A stretch of 64,000 nt of DNA from Candidatus Nomurabacteria bacterium (GCA_040376695.1 JBEIQD010000001.1:80726-144725), one strand, 5' to 3'. Positions 19,091 through 28,445 are shown, numbered from the stretch's first letter. Notes: generated by a model not told the origin, from the sequence alone. Numbers and translations: made by a program.

Positions 19091-19504
19091 ATGAAAAAGA
19101 CATATATTAAACTCTCACTTCTCTCTATGACGCTCGTCGCGGGATTTATGATATTCACCCCTCTGGGACATCTTTCAGCACAGAACGAGGTAACTGTTGA
19201 TGAGAAAATAAAGGTTCATAAAGTTACTGTGGAAAGCGCTGATTTTAAAACTAATACGTTCGTTGTTTCGTTTGAGGGTAAAACCATAGAGGTAACAACA
19301 AGCGCAAGTACTACTGTGTTTTTAGGTACTGGTATTGAAACCGAACTACCAGCAATACGTGAAGGTGTAAATCTCTATCTCTTTGGTACGTACAATAAAG
19401 AAACAAATACTATTGCGGCTGAGAAAATGGTGGTACGAAATAAGCGTATTACAGAAAGAACTACACTTAGTCGTGTAGAGCAAAAAGCACAGGAAGTAGA
19501 CTAA
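19091..19504 (+). CDS. secreted DUF5666-like protein
   Basis: Signal peptide; one OB-like module similar to the upstream gene. Confidence 0.6.
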   Translation: MKKTYIKLSLLSMTLVAGFMIFTPLGHLSAQNEVTVDEKIKVHKVTVESADFKTNTFVVSFEGKTIEVTTSASTTVFLGTGIETELPAIREGVNLYLFGTYNKETNTIAAEKMVVRNKRITERTTLSRVEQKAQEVD

Positions 19505-19752
19505 TTGAGTGAGACTTTTATTAAAGTTAATTTCTCTTCGCGGGTCAGTTTTTTAATCCCAGCCTCTCTTTTCCTTGCTTCTCCAATAGTCCCCACAGGC
19601 TCAGAATAGACCAATGTAACAGGTCTACGTATTTTTGTGTAATGTGCTCCAGATTTTAAATTATTATGCTGGTGCAGCCTTTTTTCGATGTTATTGGTAG
19701 AGCCAATATACAGAGTGTTGTCTGCGCATTGTAGTATATAAATACTGTACAT
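19501..19752 (-). CDS. GIY-YIG nuclease (UPF0213)
   Basis: YSIYILQCADNTLYIGST..RLHQHN..GAHYT..RP..A.KRE..IK. Confidence 0.92.
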   Translation of the reverse strand: MYSIYILQCADNTLYIGSTNNIEKRLHQHNNLKSGAHYTKIRRPVTLVYSEPVGTIGEARKREAGIKKLTREEKLTLIKVSLN

Positions 19753-19809
19753 ACCTACATAATACCACCCTCTATCCTTGAAAGAGAAGTATAAAATAGC
19801 CGGTTAAGA

Positions 19810-20463
19810 CTAAATAGATTCACTACTGCTTCCTGTGATAGGAATTTCTTCACCGAGATATTTAGGTGTTCGATTGAAAATAACATTCATCATGGCTTTT
19901 ACGTTTGCTAGTAATTCTCGCAGATTATTTTTAAGACGATATTCATGCTGATCCGCAGGGAATCCGTGAGCTTCAATATTTAGGTTTCGTGCAAGAAACA
20001 CAGCTCGAGGTAAATGAAATGATTGGGTTACCACTATGGCTGACTTAATCAAAAAAATATCTCGCGCTCGGTACATACTGCTGTAGGTATCAAACCCAGC
20101 ATGATCAAGAAAGATATCTTCACTAGGTATTCCTCGTATAAGTAAATATTCACGAGCTGGATTTACTTCATTATATTCTAGCTGTCCGTCGTCCCCTGAT
20201 ACAAGGATGGTTTTAACCTTACCTGCTCTGTAGAGACTTATGCCACCTTCTATTCTATCTTTGAAGATTGTGGACAGTTCTCCTTTAGAATTAATTCCCG
20301 CACCAAGAACAATTGCAGTGTCAGCTTGCGGAAGATTTGTGATATTGCTTTCAATATATGAACGAGATTGAAAATGAATAATAAGAAATACAAGAACAAT
20401 GAAAGCGAAAATGACAACTGGCCCTTGCCATAAAAATCGTACATAACGCCTCATATTTTTCAT
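19810..20463 (-). CDS. SanA/ElyC (DUF218) family protein
   Basis: AIVLGAG, ILVSGD, DHAGFDTYSSM, TQSFHLPRA, LRE. Confidence 0.9.
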   Translation of the reverse strand: MKNMRRYVRFLWQGPVVIFAFIVLVFLIIHFQSRSYIESNITNLPQADTAIVLGAGINSKGELSTIFKDRIEGGISLYRAGKVKTILVSGDDGQLEYNEVNPAREYLLIRGIPSEDIFLDHAGFDTYSSMYRARDIFLIKSAIVVTQSFHLPRAVFLARNLNIEAHGFPADQHEYRLKNNLRELLANVKAMMNVIFNRTPKYLGEEIPITGSSSESI

Positions 20464-21825
20464 TTATATTCCTAAAGCAGTCAACTTAGCTCTCGTGAGA
20501 GGTCCTACATACCCCGCCGCAGGAGAAATTGATTGTGCTAATTGGAATCGAATAACTGCGGCACGAGTTGCGGGACCAAAAAATGTCGTCTCACTTCCTA
20601 ACGACCCCGCTCCAACTGTTGCAACCGTGTATCCACGAGCATTAAGAAACTTCTGAAGTACACGAACATCTTCCCCTACTGAGTTAAGAGTTAGGTCACG
20701 AGTAATAGTGGTTGTAGAAGGTGTTGGTGAGTTTGTAGTAGGTGTGGGGTTAGTCGGTATAGAACTTATTGGATTGGCTTCTATTTTTGCTCGAGTTACT
20801 ACACCGTAGTAACCGTCTGCAGGAGAAATACCTACACTTGCTTGGTATTCAATCAATGCTGACTGTGTCATCGCTCCAAAATTTCCTGTGGCAGACGCTT
20901 GTGCTAATCTGACGGCGTAAGGGCCAGTATTTTTAGCTATGAGATATAGCTGAAGGCGAACTACTTCGTTTCCTTTAGAACCTAACGCCAAATCTCCGGC
21001 AGGGAGTGTATTCACTGAAGGCGATGGTGTTGTGCCTACCGGAATTGAAGACATAAAACTACTAATTATTTGAGGAAGAGTAATGCCTGCCGCGACAGCT
21101 TGAGTAAAGGTAGAGCGGAAATTAACTACAAGAAGTTGAGCTAAAGCATTGGCGTCACTTGTTTGTGTCAGTATTTTAGAAAGATATTGTATTTTTTCTT
21201 GTAGAGACAATGTTGCTGTTGTTCGTGGGTATGGATCTATTGGAGTTCCATTACTATCGTGTATTTCAAAGTGAAGGTGCGCAGCGCCGCCTGAAGCGTT
21301 TCCTGTATTCCCGACATATCCAATAAGGGATCCTTTTTCAAGAACTGTACCAGAAACTACTCCTTCACCTAATTTGTCGAGGTGCATGTATACATATGTT
21401 TCTCCGCCTGGGTTTGCTGTGTATACGTAGATTCCTTCTCCAGAGCCCACCCCAGTGCGCAATACAACAGCTGCTGTTGGAGAAACAATCGGAGTACCTT
21501 TTACGGCCATGATGTCATTTCCTATATGTGTTCGTCCGTTCGAACGAGCGTCTCCGAAATCAGATGACAAGTTACCTAACTCAACACCAAAAAGTACTGG
21601 AATAGGCACAGAAACCGTAATAGAGCTCCCTAAAGCACTTATTTGTTGCTGTAGTCCATTTGATCCCCCGCGCCATCCTCGTATGTATTGTCGACGTTCT
21701 GTCGTTGAGTCATTTGATCCATCAGTTGTTGTAGTGCTTTGAGCGCTTACTGGAATCGTAAAAGTGGCGAGTAAAAAAAACGTGAGAGCACTGAAAGCCG
21801 AAACTTTCTTTAGTGTATGGTTCAT
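20464..21825 (-). CDS. M23 metallopeptidase with peptidoglycan-binding domains
   Basis: HIGNDI, YMHL, GNTGNA..HLHFEI, two PG-binding repeats. Confidence 0.9.
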   Translation of the reverse strand: MNHTLKKVSAFSALTFFLLATFTIPVSAQSTTTTDGSNDSTTERRQYIRGWRGGSNGLQQQISALGSSITVSVPIPVLFGVELGNLSSDFGDARSNGRTHIGNDIMAVKGTPIVSPTAAVVLRTGVGSGEGIYVYTANPGGETYVYMHLDKLGEGVVSGTVLEKGSLIGYVGNTGNASGGAAHLHFEIHDSNGTPIDPYPRTTATLSLQEKIQYLSKILTQTSDANALAQLLVVNFRSTFTQAVAAGITLPQIISSFMSSIPVGTTPSPSVNTLPAGDLALGSKGNEVVRLQLYLIAKNTGPYAVRLAQASATGNFGAMTQSALIEYQASVGISPADGYYGVVTRAKIEANPISSIPTNPTPTTNSPTPSTTTITRDLTLNSVGEDVRVLQKFLNARGYTVATVGAGSLGSETTFFGPATRAAVIRFQLAQSISPAAGYVGPLTRAKLTALGI

Positions 21826-21942
21826 ATTGTTATAGATAATGACGTTTAAGATACCTCTGTTCTTACAAAATGAGGAAATCTAGTCATCGTATACTGTATA
21901 TAACAGTTAATGTTTCGCTTCGTGACATAACTATCTTTTTAA

Positions 21943-22686
21943 TTAGTTGTATGGTTTAAAAAACAAGAGCACTCCGCGGAGTAGAACTTTGTCGATAAAT
22001 GGAAGTATAAAGTGTGCTTTAGAAATCCTTTGCATGTGAGCTTCTAATGTTTTCTTTGAAAGTTCAGACATGGGAATACCGAGATCTTTTGATTCGCGAG
22101 CAAGGTCCATGGATAACAATGTCGCATGAAAAAGGACACTGCGCTGAAGGCGTATAAGTTTCTTTCTTATTTCTCCGTTAGTGTCCTCCTCTAAAATCCT
22201 TTTTAGTTCTGTAACACCAAATTCTAGATGCCTTATTTCGTCACGAAGAATAATTGTGCTTATTTCACTAAGTGCTCCATCTGTGTGATGTTCCAACTCT
22301 TGCAAAAGAGAAATGTTCAAACCCTCAACGATAAAATTTTGTATGAAGACGCACTGGGTATAGTCTCTTTCTTCTATGGCGCGAGACATAAGCTGATCAA
22401 GTTTTCGCAGATGTGAAGAAACTAGAGCATCTGTACGAAGATGGCTTCCTACATAATCAGTTAAGAGTTCAAGATGAGTATCTTCTTCCCTTTGTTGTTG
22501 TAAAAGAAAATTCTTGGCCTCTGTTGTCGGAGCAAAGGTCGACATAATGCGGCAGTAATCTATAGCAATAGTTTCTCCGTAAACTATTTGAAGAAGATAA
22601 TGATATCGAGCCTTAGCGTATTTTTCTGAATCTACTTGAGGATACGTAAGGATATGAGGTTGCATTCTTACAAGTGTATCATGCAC
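21943..22686 (-). CDS. ferritin-like diiron protein (aldehyde decarbonylase-like)
   Basis: GE..A, EEDTH, FIVEG, DEIRH ligand pattern. Confidence 0.7.
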   Translation of the reverse strand: MHDTLVRMQPHILTYPQVDSEKYAKARYHYLLQIVYGETIAIDYCRIMSTFAPTTEAKNFLLQQQREEDTHLELLTDYVGSHLRTDALVSSHLRKLDQLMSRAIEERDYTQCVFIQNFIVEGLNISLLQELEHHTDGALSEISTIILRDEIRHLEFGVTELKRILEEDTNGEIRKKLIRLQRSVLFHATLLSMDLARESKDLGIPMSELSKKTLEAHMQRISKAHFILPFIDKVLLRGVLLFFKPYN

Positions 22687-22693
22687 CTCCCCT

Positions 22694-23179
22694 CTAATTT
22701 TTAGGAGGATAATTGTATTCGTATGAACTTAATGAGTCAGGAGGATAATTATCAAGATACGCACAGGTTCCTTCGCTACGAGTTGTTCTCCCTATCAGCT
22801 TCTCAGATGCAATAAGAACTCCATTTTGCATGTAACAATAATCGAAATATGTATCCGCCCCAGAGGCGGCTACACCGCCTGCAATTCGGTGAACGTAAAA
22901 GGAATTTCCAGCAGTATCCATTCCTTCTACTTCATACTGACTAAACCCCTTACTTGAAGCACATTTGAAATGTGAAATGCTAGAAAATTCAAATGGTGGC
23001 AAATTATATGCACTGTTTGCATATCCATTTTGAACTTGTTCGGTAAATGAATCGAAACAATCAACTCCAACAGGTGGAAATGTTTCTACGGTACGCGGTA
23101 TGGACAAAAAGACCGCAACAACAAGGAGTAAAAGTGTTGATGCTGTAGAAAATTGAAAGACTTGCCTTGAAGAATTCAT
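22694..23179 (-). CDS. secreted hypothetical protein
   Basis: N-terminal hydrophobic segment, 4 Cys. Confidence 0.6.
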   Translation of the reverse strand: MNSSRQVFQFSTASTLLLLVVAVFLSIPRTVETFPPVGVDCFDSFTEQVQNGYANSAYNLPPFEFSSISHFKCASSKGFSQYEVEGMDTAGNSFYVHRIAGGVAASGADTYFDYCYMQNGVLIASEKLIGRTTRSEGTCAYLDNYPPDSLSSYEYNYPPKN

Positions 23180-23188
23180 AGATACAAT

Positions 23189-23782
23189 TTATTTCAACTT
23201 GAACGTATCAACAACTTTCTGGTGAACAGCTTTTGTTTCAACCTCTTCTTCTGCAGTTGTGCCTGATTCTTTGTCGTAATATGCAATGATGTAATATCCA
23301 TTTTTCTCAGCAACCTCCTTTTTGCCTAAGGCGTTTTCAAGATTAAAACAAGACATTTGGTAGATTCCGATTTCCCCGTTCATTCTGTGTCCATCGCCGC
23401 CATCATTTGTGGCTCCATCCCAAATACACCCAGCAACATCTCGTGGGCCTGCCACCATCCAATCAGACGGGACTTGGAAACTATAAGCACTTCTTGAAAT
23501 GGTTTTGAGTTCAGTTTCATCTCCAATAATTCCAACAGCCAATTCCACCCAAACAAATAGGAATATCATGATGATACCTAGGATTACAATAACTCGATGT
23601 ACGGTGCTCTTGATCATCTTGTGAGCCAATTCAAACCCAAGTCCAGCAGTAAAAAGCATTACTGCGGCAAAAATAAAGTCTCCGAGAGTCCAGTTCCAAC
23701 CTTCAACAAAGTAATTTCCAAACAAAGGAATGAGTAATATGAGAGCTACTATTAATAAAAGTCGTGTGATCTTTTTAGTCAT
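23189..23782 (-). CDS. membrane protein (WNWT..DF / WVELAVG) with soluble C-terminal domain
   Basis: 3 TM N-terminal domain plus about 110-aa hydrophilic domain. Confidence 0.7.
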   Translation of the reverse strand: MTKKITRLLLIVALILLIPLFGNYFVEGWNWTLGDFIFAAVMLFTAGLGFELAHKMIKSTVHRVIVILGIIMIFLFVWVELAVGIIGDETELKTISRSAYSFQVPSDWMVAGPRDVAGCIWDGATNDGGDGHRMNGEIGIYQMSCFNLENALGKKEVAEKNGYYIIAYYDKESGTTAEEEVETKAVHQKVVDTFKLK

Positions 23783-23846
23783 AGTATAAGTATATCAGTA
23801 AAAGAAGACCCTGTGTTTCGTGGTAAAATAAAGCTCATAAAACACT

Positions 23847-24197
23847 ATGGTACAACCTCGAATCTATACTATGAGTTTTGCAAGCGTGTATCGACTCTAC
23901 ATTGCTAAGGTAGAAAGAAAAGGTCGTACGAAAGCAGAAGTCGATACAATTATTTGCTGGCTAACAGGATACAGCCAAAAAGGCTTGGAGTCACAACTTG
24001 AAAAACAAACTACTTTTGAAGTCTTTTTTGCAAAAGCTCCGAAGTTGAATCCTTTACGAACATTAGTTAAAGGTGTGATTTGTGGCGTTCGAATAGAAGA
24101 TATTCAAGAACCTCTTATGAAAGAAATTCGTTATCTAGATAAATTGATTGATGAGTTGGCAAAAGGGAAAATAATGGAAAAAATATTACGAAAGTAA
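23847..24197 (+). CDS. DUF2200 family protein
   Basis: [44 protein letters not shown]. Confidence 0.9.
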   Translation: MVQPRIYTMSFASVYRLYIAKVERKGRTKAEVDTIICWLTGYSQKGLESQLEKQTTFEVFFAKAPKLNPLRTLVKGVICGVRIEDIQEPLMKEIRYLDKLIDELAKGKIMEKILRK

Positions 24198-24216
24198 TAA
24201 ATTCACACGATATGTA

Positions 24217-24585
24217 TTAGTTTGCAGAAACCTCTCTTGTTGTCATAAACGCTGGGATAATTAATCCTAAAAGTCCTCCACCTAGAATTGCTAAAATGAG
24301 ATTAATAACTATAAGAATTAGGTATCTAAATTTGGTGTAGAGTTTTCTCTTTATGAGAAGTAAAACAGAAATTATAGCTATGTAGATTATTGCAACCATT
24401 GGACCCACGTTAGACTGTAATCCAGCATTAAAACCCTCCTGAAATGTTTGTGCGTTGGTTGAAGTGCTTAGCAATGCCCCAAAAACACCTCCTAAAATTA
24501 CAGCAAGTAATAGATAAGCTAGATAAAAACCGATAGCTTCCTTCCAGTTTCGTTTATAAGAAAAGTCAGTTAATTTTTTAAACAT
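24217..24585 (-). CDS. membrane protein
   Basis: 122-aa hydrophobic ORF. Confidence 0.7.
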   Translation of the reverse strand: MFKKLTDFSYKRNWKEAIGFYLAYLLLAVILGGVFGALLSTSTNAQTFQEGFNAGLQSNVGPMVAIIYIAIISVLLLIKRKLYTKFRYLILIVINLILAILGGGLLGLIIPAFMTTREVSAN

Positions 24586-24600
24586 AATAAAAGTCTAACA

Positions 24601-25224
24601 TTATCTTAGTTTGTTTTGTACAACTCGCTCAAACTTTGATGCAATGATTGCGGTTATTGTAGAAATAAGAAGTATAAAAAGCCCTACAGCGACTCCACCA
24701 GCTATGTCTTCTTCTGGGCGAACTATAAATAAGTAAGCTAATGGTGCGATAACAAAAGCAATAAGAGCTACTGCGCATCGTTTTAGAGTATGTAAAGCTT
24801 TTATCGTCGAAGGTGAAAACATTTTATTTTCTCGTACGTGACCTAGTATTTTCAATATTTGATAGAGTCCAATAAAAAATGCAATTGACGCTGTATACAC
24901 ATATATCAGAAATGGGTCTTTGAAGTAAACTTCGAAAGCTGTGGCATTTATGTTTCTGCCTTCAAAGTGTGGTTCCACAAGCATGAAAGTAAAAGTAATA
25001 ATTCCCAAAAGTATAGTTAGTATCTGAAAAAAGAGTAATGAAACTTTTTTCACCACTTCGTTCTTTTTTGAATATAAATCAAGGAGCGGCAGAATAATAA
25101 TCCAAATACAAGTTATGTAGAGCCATGTGTTTTCGTACTGTGTGTCTTTCAAGATTATCGCTGAAACAACTATTGCTACTGAAACAATGAGTGAAAGTAT
25201 TATTTTAAATATTTCTCTGTTCAT
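24601..25224 (-). CDS. DUF2975-like membrane protein with extra N-terminal TM hairpin
   Basis: EPHFEGRN..YFKDPF..GLYQ..FS...KAL..LK.CA. Confidence 0.7.
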   Translation of the reverse strand: MNREIFKIILSLIVSVAIVVSAIILKDTQYENTWLYITCIWIIILPLLDLYSKKNEVVKKVSLLFFQILTILLGIITFTFMLVEPHFEGRNINATAFEVYFKDPFLIYVYTASIAFFIGLYQILKILGHVRENKMFSPSTIKALHTLKRCAVALIAFVIAPLAYLFIVRPEEDIAGGVAVGLFILLISTITAIIASKFERVVQNKLR

Positions 25225-25246
25225 AGTTCTAGTTTAGTCGTTGAGC

Positions 25247-25405
25247 TTATTTTGATTGAAGAAAATATGATGAGGGAACAGCAATGATGGCAGCAGTAAT
25301 GTATAGCCAAGTGTCGTCATAACCATTCACGGCCCAAACCACAACAAGTACCACAAACGTTGTAAGAACAATTAAAGCCTTTGCTATTTTTGATTTTGAT
25401 GTCAT
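25247..25405 (-). CDS. 52-aa two-TM membrane peptide (below ORF-track cutoff)
   Basis: MTSKSKIAKALIVLTTFVVLVVVWAVNGYDDTWLYITAAIIAVPSSYFLQSK; TGgTACACT -10 upstream. Confidence 0.65.
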   Translation of the reverse strand: MTSKSKIAKALIVLTTFVVLVVVWAVNGYDDTWLYITAAIIAVPSSYFLQSK

Positions 25406-25438
25406 GTATAAAGTGTACCACTCTATATAAAACTTGCT

Positions 25439-25472
25439 AGCTGGGGCTGTGGCACGAAGTTGGAACTTTTTT
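25439..25472 (+). repeat. att-like site 1 of tRNA-Gln cassette array
   Basis: AGCTGGGGCTGTGGCACGAAGTTGGAACTTTTTT. Confidence 0.9.
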
Positions 25473-26290
25473 TAAATAGCTCTTTGTCTATTAACCTCTG
25501 AAAGTACAATTGAAGTTGCAACAGCAACGTTAAGTGAGCTTGCGGAGCCTTGCATAGGAATATTAACCATCACATCAGCTAATTCTTTGTATCCTGCACT
25601 CAGTCCCCACTTTTCATTACCAGCAAGTAGTATTGTTGGAGTTTTGAAATCATGTTCATAAATTGTTTCACTCCCCTTTTCATCTGTACCAACAACTTGA
25701 AGTGTCGAATATTTCTCTCGCATTGAATCGATCCAATCTTCGAGATCTCTTTGCGCTTGAACTCGAACAATAGGTAATGAGAAAAGAGAGCCAGTTGTTG
25801 CGCTAATAGTTTCAGGATCATAGATATCAACCGCGTGTCCTGTAATAACGAGCCCGTCTACACCAAGTGCGTCGCACGAACGAATAATAGTACCAAGATT
25901 CCCTGGACTTGAAGGGCGGTCGAAAATAACAATGAGTGGATTCTCTTTGAGTTGTATCTTCTCGAAATTATCTTGTGGTATTTCACCAAGAGCAAGTAGT
26001 TCGGACGCTTCTTCTTTGTTGCTGAGCTTATTCAGTAACTCAAGAGAAAGATCGTAATGAGTTTCTGCTTTAGAATTCTCTAGAATATTCTTTGCCCAAT
26101 CTGAAAGACCTTTTTCTGATGAATAAAAGAAGGCTTTTATACTCCAGTTATATGCTACTGCGTTATTGATGTTGCGAACACCCTCAAAAATGAACCCTTC
26201 ATGATTCCTTTTCTCTCTGTTTGTTTTAAGTGCGTTTAGTACTTGAAACGTAGCATTCTCTTTTGTTATTGTTAAAATTTTTGCAGTCAT
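25472..26290 (-). CDS. TrmH/SpoU-family RNA methyltransferase (cassette 1)
   Basis: FIFEG, PGNLGTIIRSCDALG, GNEKWGL, IPMQGSASSLNVAVA. Confidence 0.92.
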   Translation of the reverse strand: MTAKILTITKENATFQVLNALKTNREKRNHEGFIFEGVRNINNAVAYNWSIKAFFYSSEKGLSDWAKNILENSKAETHYDLSLELLNKLSNKEEASELLALGEIPQDNFEKIQLKENPLIVIFDRPSSPGNLGTIIRSCDALGVDGLVITGHAVDIYDPETISATTGSLFSLPIVRVQAQRDLEDWIDSMREKYSTLQVVGTDEKGSETIYEHDFKTPTILLAGNEKWGLSAGYKELADVMVNIPMQGSASSLNVAVATSIVLSEVNRQRAI

Positions 26291-26329
26291 CTGTAAACTA
26301 TAGACTAGCAAAAATTCCTTAAAAACTCG

Positions 26330-26362
26330 AGCTTGGTTTGTGGGACGAACTTGGAACTATTA
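26330..26362 (+). repeat. att-like site 2
   Basis: AGCTTGGTTTGTGGGACGAACTTGGAACTATT. Confidence 0.85.
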
Positions 26363-26506
26363 TTTCCTGTTGCGACTAGCATCAAAAACTACACCAATCG
26401 CTATTCCTACGGCAAGACCAATAGCAATATTGTCCAGCGCTATACCAAGCCCTGCTCCGATAGCGACACCTATAGCAATCCACATTCCCTGTGTATTTTT
26501 TTCCAT
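26360..26506 (-). CDS. 48-aa glycine-zipper membrane peptide (cassette 2)
   Basis: MEKNTQGMWIAIGVAIGAGLGIALDNIAIGLAVGIAIGVVFDASRNRK; TGcTATAAT directly upstream. Confidence 0.75.
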   Translation of the reverse strand: MEKNTQGMWIAIGVAIGAGLGIALDNIAIGLAVGIAIGVVFDASRNRK

Positions 26507-26526
26507 TTTTTCATTATAGCAAAAGT

Positions 26527-26560
26527 AGCTGGGGGTGTGGGACGAACTTGGAACTTTTTT
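26527..26560 (+). repeat. att-like site 3
   Basis: AGCTGGGGGTGTGGGACGAACTTGGAACTTTTTT. Confidence 0.9.
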
Positions 26561-26584
26561 ATCCGAATAAGCTATACTTAGATC

Positions 26585-26899
26585 ATGAAAAAATACTGGG
26601 AGAACCTAACGGTTATAAAGACTTTCTTCTTTGCTATTTTGCTCCCAGTAATATGGTATCTAATGGCAGTTTTATCTAGTCGTTCAGTTCTAGCTTCTTC
26701 TTTCTTTGGAAGCGGAATAATGAGTATCCCTGTACTAGCTAGTTTTTGTCTTTATATAGTTCTGATGTTTACCTCAGTAGTTATTTTTATAATAAGAAAG
26801 CAATACAAACTTCTTTTTACTGTACTAATAAGTGTGTATCTTGGTTATATATTATTCGTCTTTTCATTGTACGAACTGTTTGGTAATTTAGATTTTTAA
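26585..26899 (+). CDS. AT-rich membrane protein (cassette 3)
   Basis: 3 TM segments; TATACT 6 nt before ATG. Confidence 0.65.
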   Translation: MKKYWENLTVIKTFFFAILLPVIWYLMAVLSSRSVLASSFFGSGIMSIPVLASFCLYIVLMFTSVVIFIIRKQYKLLFTVLISVYLGYILFVFSLYELFGNLDF

Positions 26900-26904
26900 T
26901 AAAT

Positions 26905-27369
26905 ATGAAGTTTAGTCTTTTGAAACTAAAAAACCTTTACATAAATATTTTATTGGGTGGCTTCTTTGGTTCTCTTTGTGCTACCTTATTACTATCTTTA
27001 GTTAGATTCTTTTTTGGAGGATGGTCTAATCTTTTTGACGGAGTTGTTCCTAAATATGATCTTAGTTATAGCCTTTCTTATCTTGTCGTAGATCTAGGAG
27101 TTTTATTTTATTTACCTATCATCTATTTTTTTACTTTTCTATATAAAATCGTTTTTCGTAGGACTTTCCTAAAAGGAAAAAAAGTAATGATCTCGTCCTT
27201 CTCTTATATTTTATTTCAAACAATCTATATAGATATGTTTGCTAAAATCTCGTCGACTGGACCTGATTACTCTATAAGTACTGTCGATTTTGTTTTAAGA
27301 ATTATTCTTATGTTTATTTATCCAGCTATTTTTTTATATTTAATATCTTCAAAAAAATCTAATATATAA
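26905..27369 (+). CDS. AT-rich membrane protein (cassette 3)
   Basis: About 4 TM segments; 5 nt after the previous stop. Confidence 0.65.
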   Translation: MKFSLLKLKNLYINILLGGFFGSLCATLLLSLVRFFFGGWSNLFDGVVPKYDLSYSLSYLVVDLGVLFYLPIIYFFTFLYKIVFRRTFLKGKKVMISSFSYILFQTIYIDMFAKISSTGPDYSISTVDFVLRIILMFIYPAIFLYLISSKKSNI

Positions 27370-27387
27370 GTATTAGCTAAAAATCTC

Positions 27388-27421
27388 GGCTGGGGCTGTG
27401 GAACGAAGTTGGAATTATTTT
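27388..27421 (+). repeat. att-like site 4
   Basis: GGCTGGGGCTGTGGAACGAAGTTGGAATTATTT. Confidence 0.88.
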
Positions 27422-27449
27422 AGGTGAAATGGGGTACAATTAACTTATT

Positions 27450-27899
27450 ATGGAAAAAGAAATTAAGTTAAGTGAACATAATCAGAAAACTCTAATGATA
27501 GCAGCTACTCAAGAAATCTTTGAGGCGGCTGATAACACTATTAGAGCTCTTAAAGAAGATAAGATTTCTGAAGAATTATCATACCCTCCTGATAACGGTT
27601 TTAATGATGAGCTAAATACTCAAGAAATCGAAGCGCTCAAAATGTTAAAGGATATTCCTCATTTAGATTCAGCTTTAAAGAAAGTTATCGTAGGATCATC
27701 TGGTTCGGCTTTCTTTCATTTTTTTAATTTCCTAGATGGAACATCAGATCCTGACAAAAATTTTGGAGAGTGGACATGGGCAACCTTAGTTGATCATCCC
27801 CACGGTGAAAATGACCCCTATACCGATATGCTACATGATTCATTCTATGATGCATATCTCGATTGGAAAGAATTGAAAAACTCTCAAGAAACTAATTAG
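27450..27899 (+). CDS. acidic hypothetical protein (cassette 4)
   Basis: 149 aa; TAG stop overlaps the core of the next site. Confidence 0.75.
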   Translation: MEKEIKLSEHNQKTLMIAATQEIFEAADNTIRALKEDKISEELSYPPDNGFNDELNTQEIEALKMLKDIPHLDSALKKVIVGSSGSAFFHFFNFLDGTSDPDKNFGEWTWATLVDHPHGENDPYTDMLHDSFYDAYLDWKELKNSQETN

Positions 27900-27931
27900 C
27901 TGGGGCTGTGGGACGAAGTTAGAACTTTTTT
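27898..27931 (+). repeat. att-like site 5
   Basis: AGCTGGGGCTGTGGGACGAAGTTAGAACTTTTTT. Confidence 0.9.
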
Positions 27932-27933
27932 AA

Positions 27934-28377
27934 CTATTCCAACTCAACATTCTCAAACGAATGTATAGCCTTTTCTAGCATTTCATACTTGTTGCCCTCA
28001 ATATCAGTTACAGTTGCTTTTGCATAAAAAGTCTTCTCAGCTTCCCAATTTTCAGGATAGAAAGTCCCCGCTGGCAATGTGGGATCATAATTGATCTCGA
28101 TTATCGCTTCAGAAATATAATCTGAAGGGAAGCCGTTTGCCTTCAGTTCATTTTCAATAACATGTTGCACACTTCTTAAATTTGAAAGAATCGGCTTGAT
28201 TGCTAGATGAGGAGGTGTCGCTTCCACCTTCATAACATCTAATTTTGCTTCTCGAAGATCATGTTTTTTCATTACGCTGACCACCCAGTCGTCTACATAC
28301 CCTTTATCCTCATATCGGAGAGTGCTAAATAGACTGTCAATTATATTGTTTGGTATACCGTTAAGTTTTCTAGACAT
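27934..28377 (-). CDS. hypothetical protein (cassette 5)
   Basis: 147 aa; TGaTATACT upstream; stop abuts site 5. Confidence 0.75.
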   Translation of the reverse strand: MSRKLNGIPNNIIDSLFSTLRYEDKGYVDDWVVSVMKKHDLREAKLDVMKVEATPPHLAIKPILSNLRSVQHVIENELKANGFPSDYISEAIIEINYDPTLPAGTFYPENWEAEKTFYAKATVTDIEGNKYEMLEKAIHSFENVELE

Positions 28378-28411
28378 TTTATTTAGTATATCAACTACAC
28401 TAAAAACTACG

Positions 28412-28445
28412 AGCTGGGGCTCTGGGACGAAGTTAGAACAATTTT
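28412..28445 (+). repeat. att-like site 6
   Basis: AGCTGGGGCTCTGGGACGAAGTTAGAACAATTTT. Confidence 0.9.

Noticed and set aside
19501-19752. GIY-YIG gene as a homing endonuclease or mobile intron
   Set aside because: It is a short stand-alone UPF0213 type with no interrupted host gene.
25439-28445. The ~34-bp repeats as a CRISPR array
   Set aside because: Intervals are 197-891 bp and contain whole genes, the repeats are degenerate, and there are no cas genes.
25439-28445. The repeats as integron attC or Xer/dif sites
   Set aside because: There is no RYYYAAC..GTTRRRY long hairpin, no intI and no XerC/D 11-6-11 layout. Cassette genes occur in both orientations with their own promoters.
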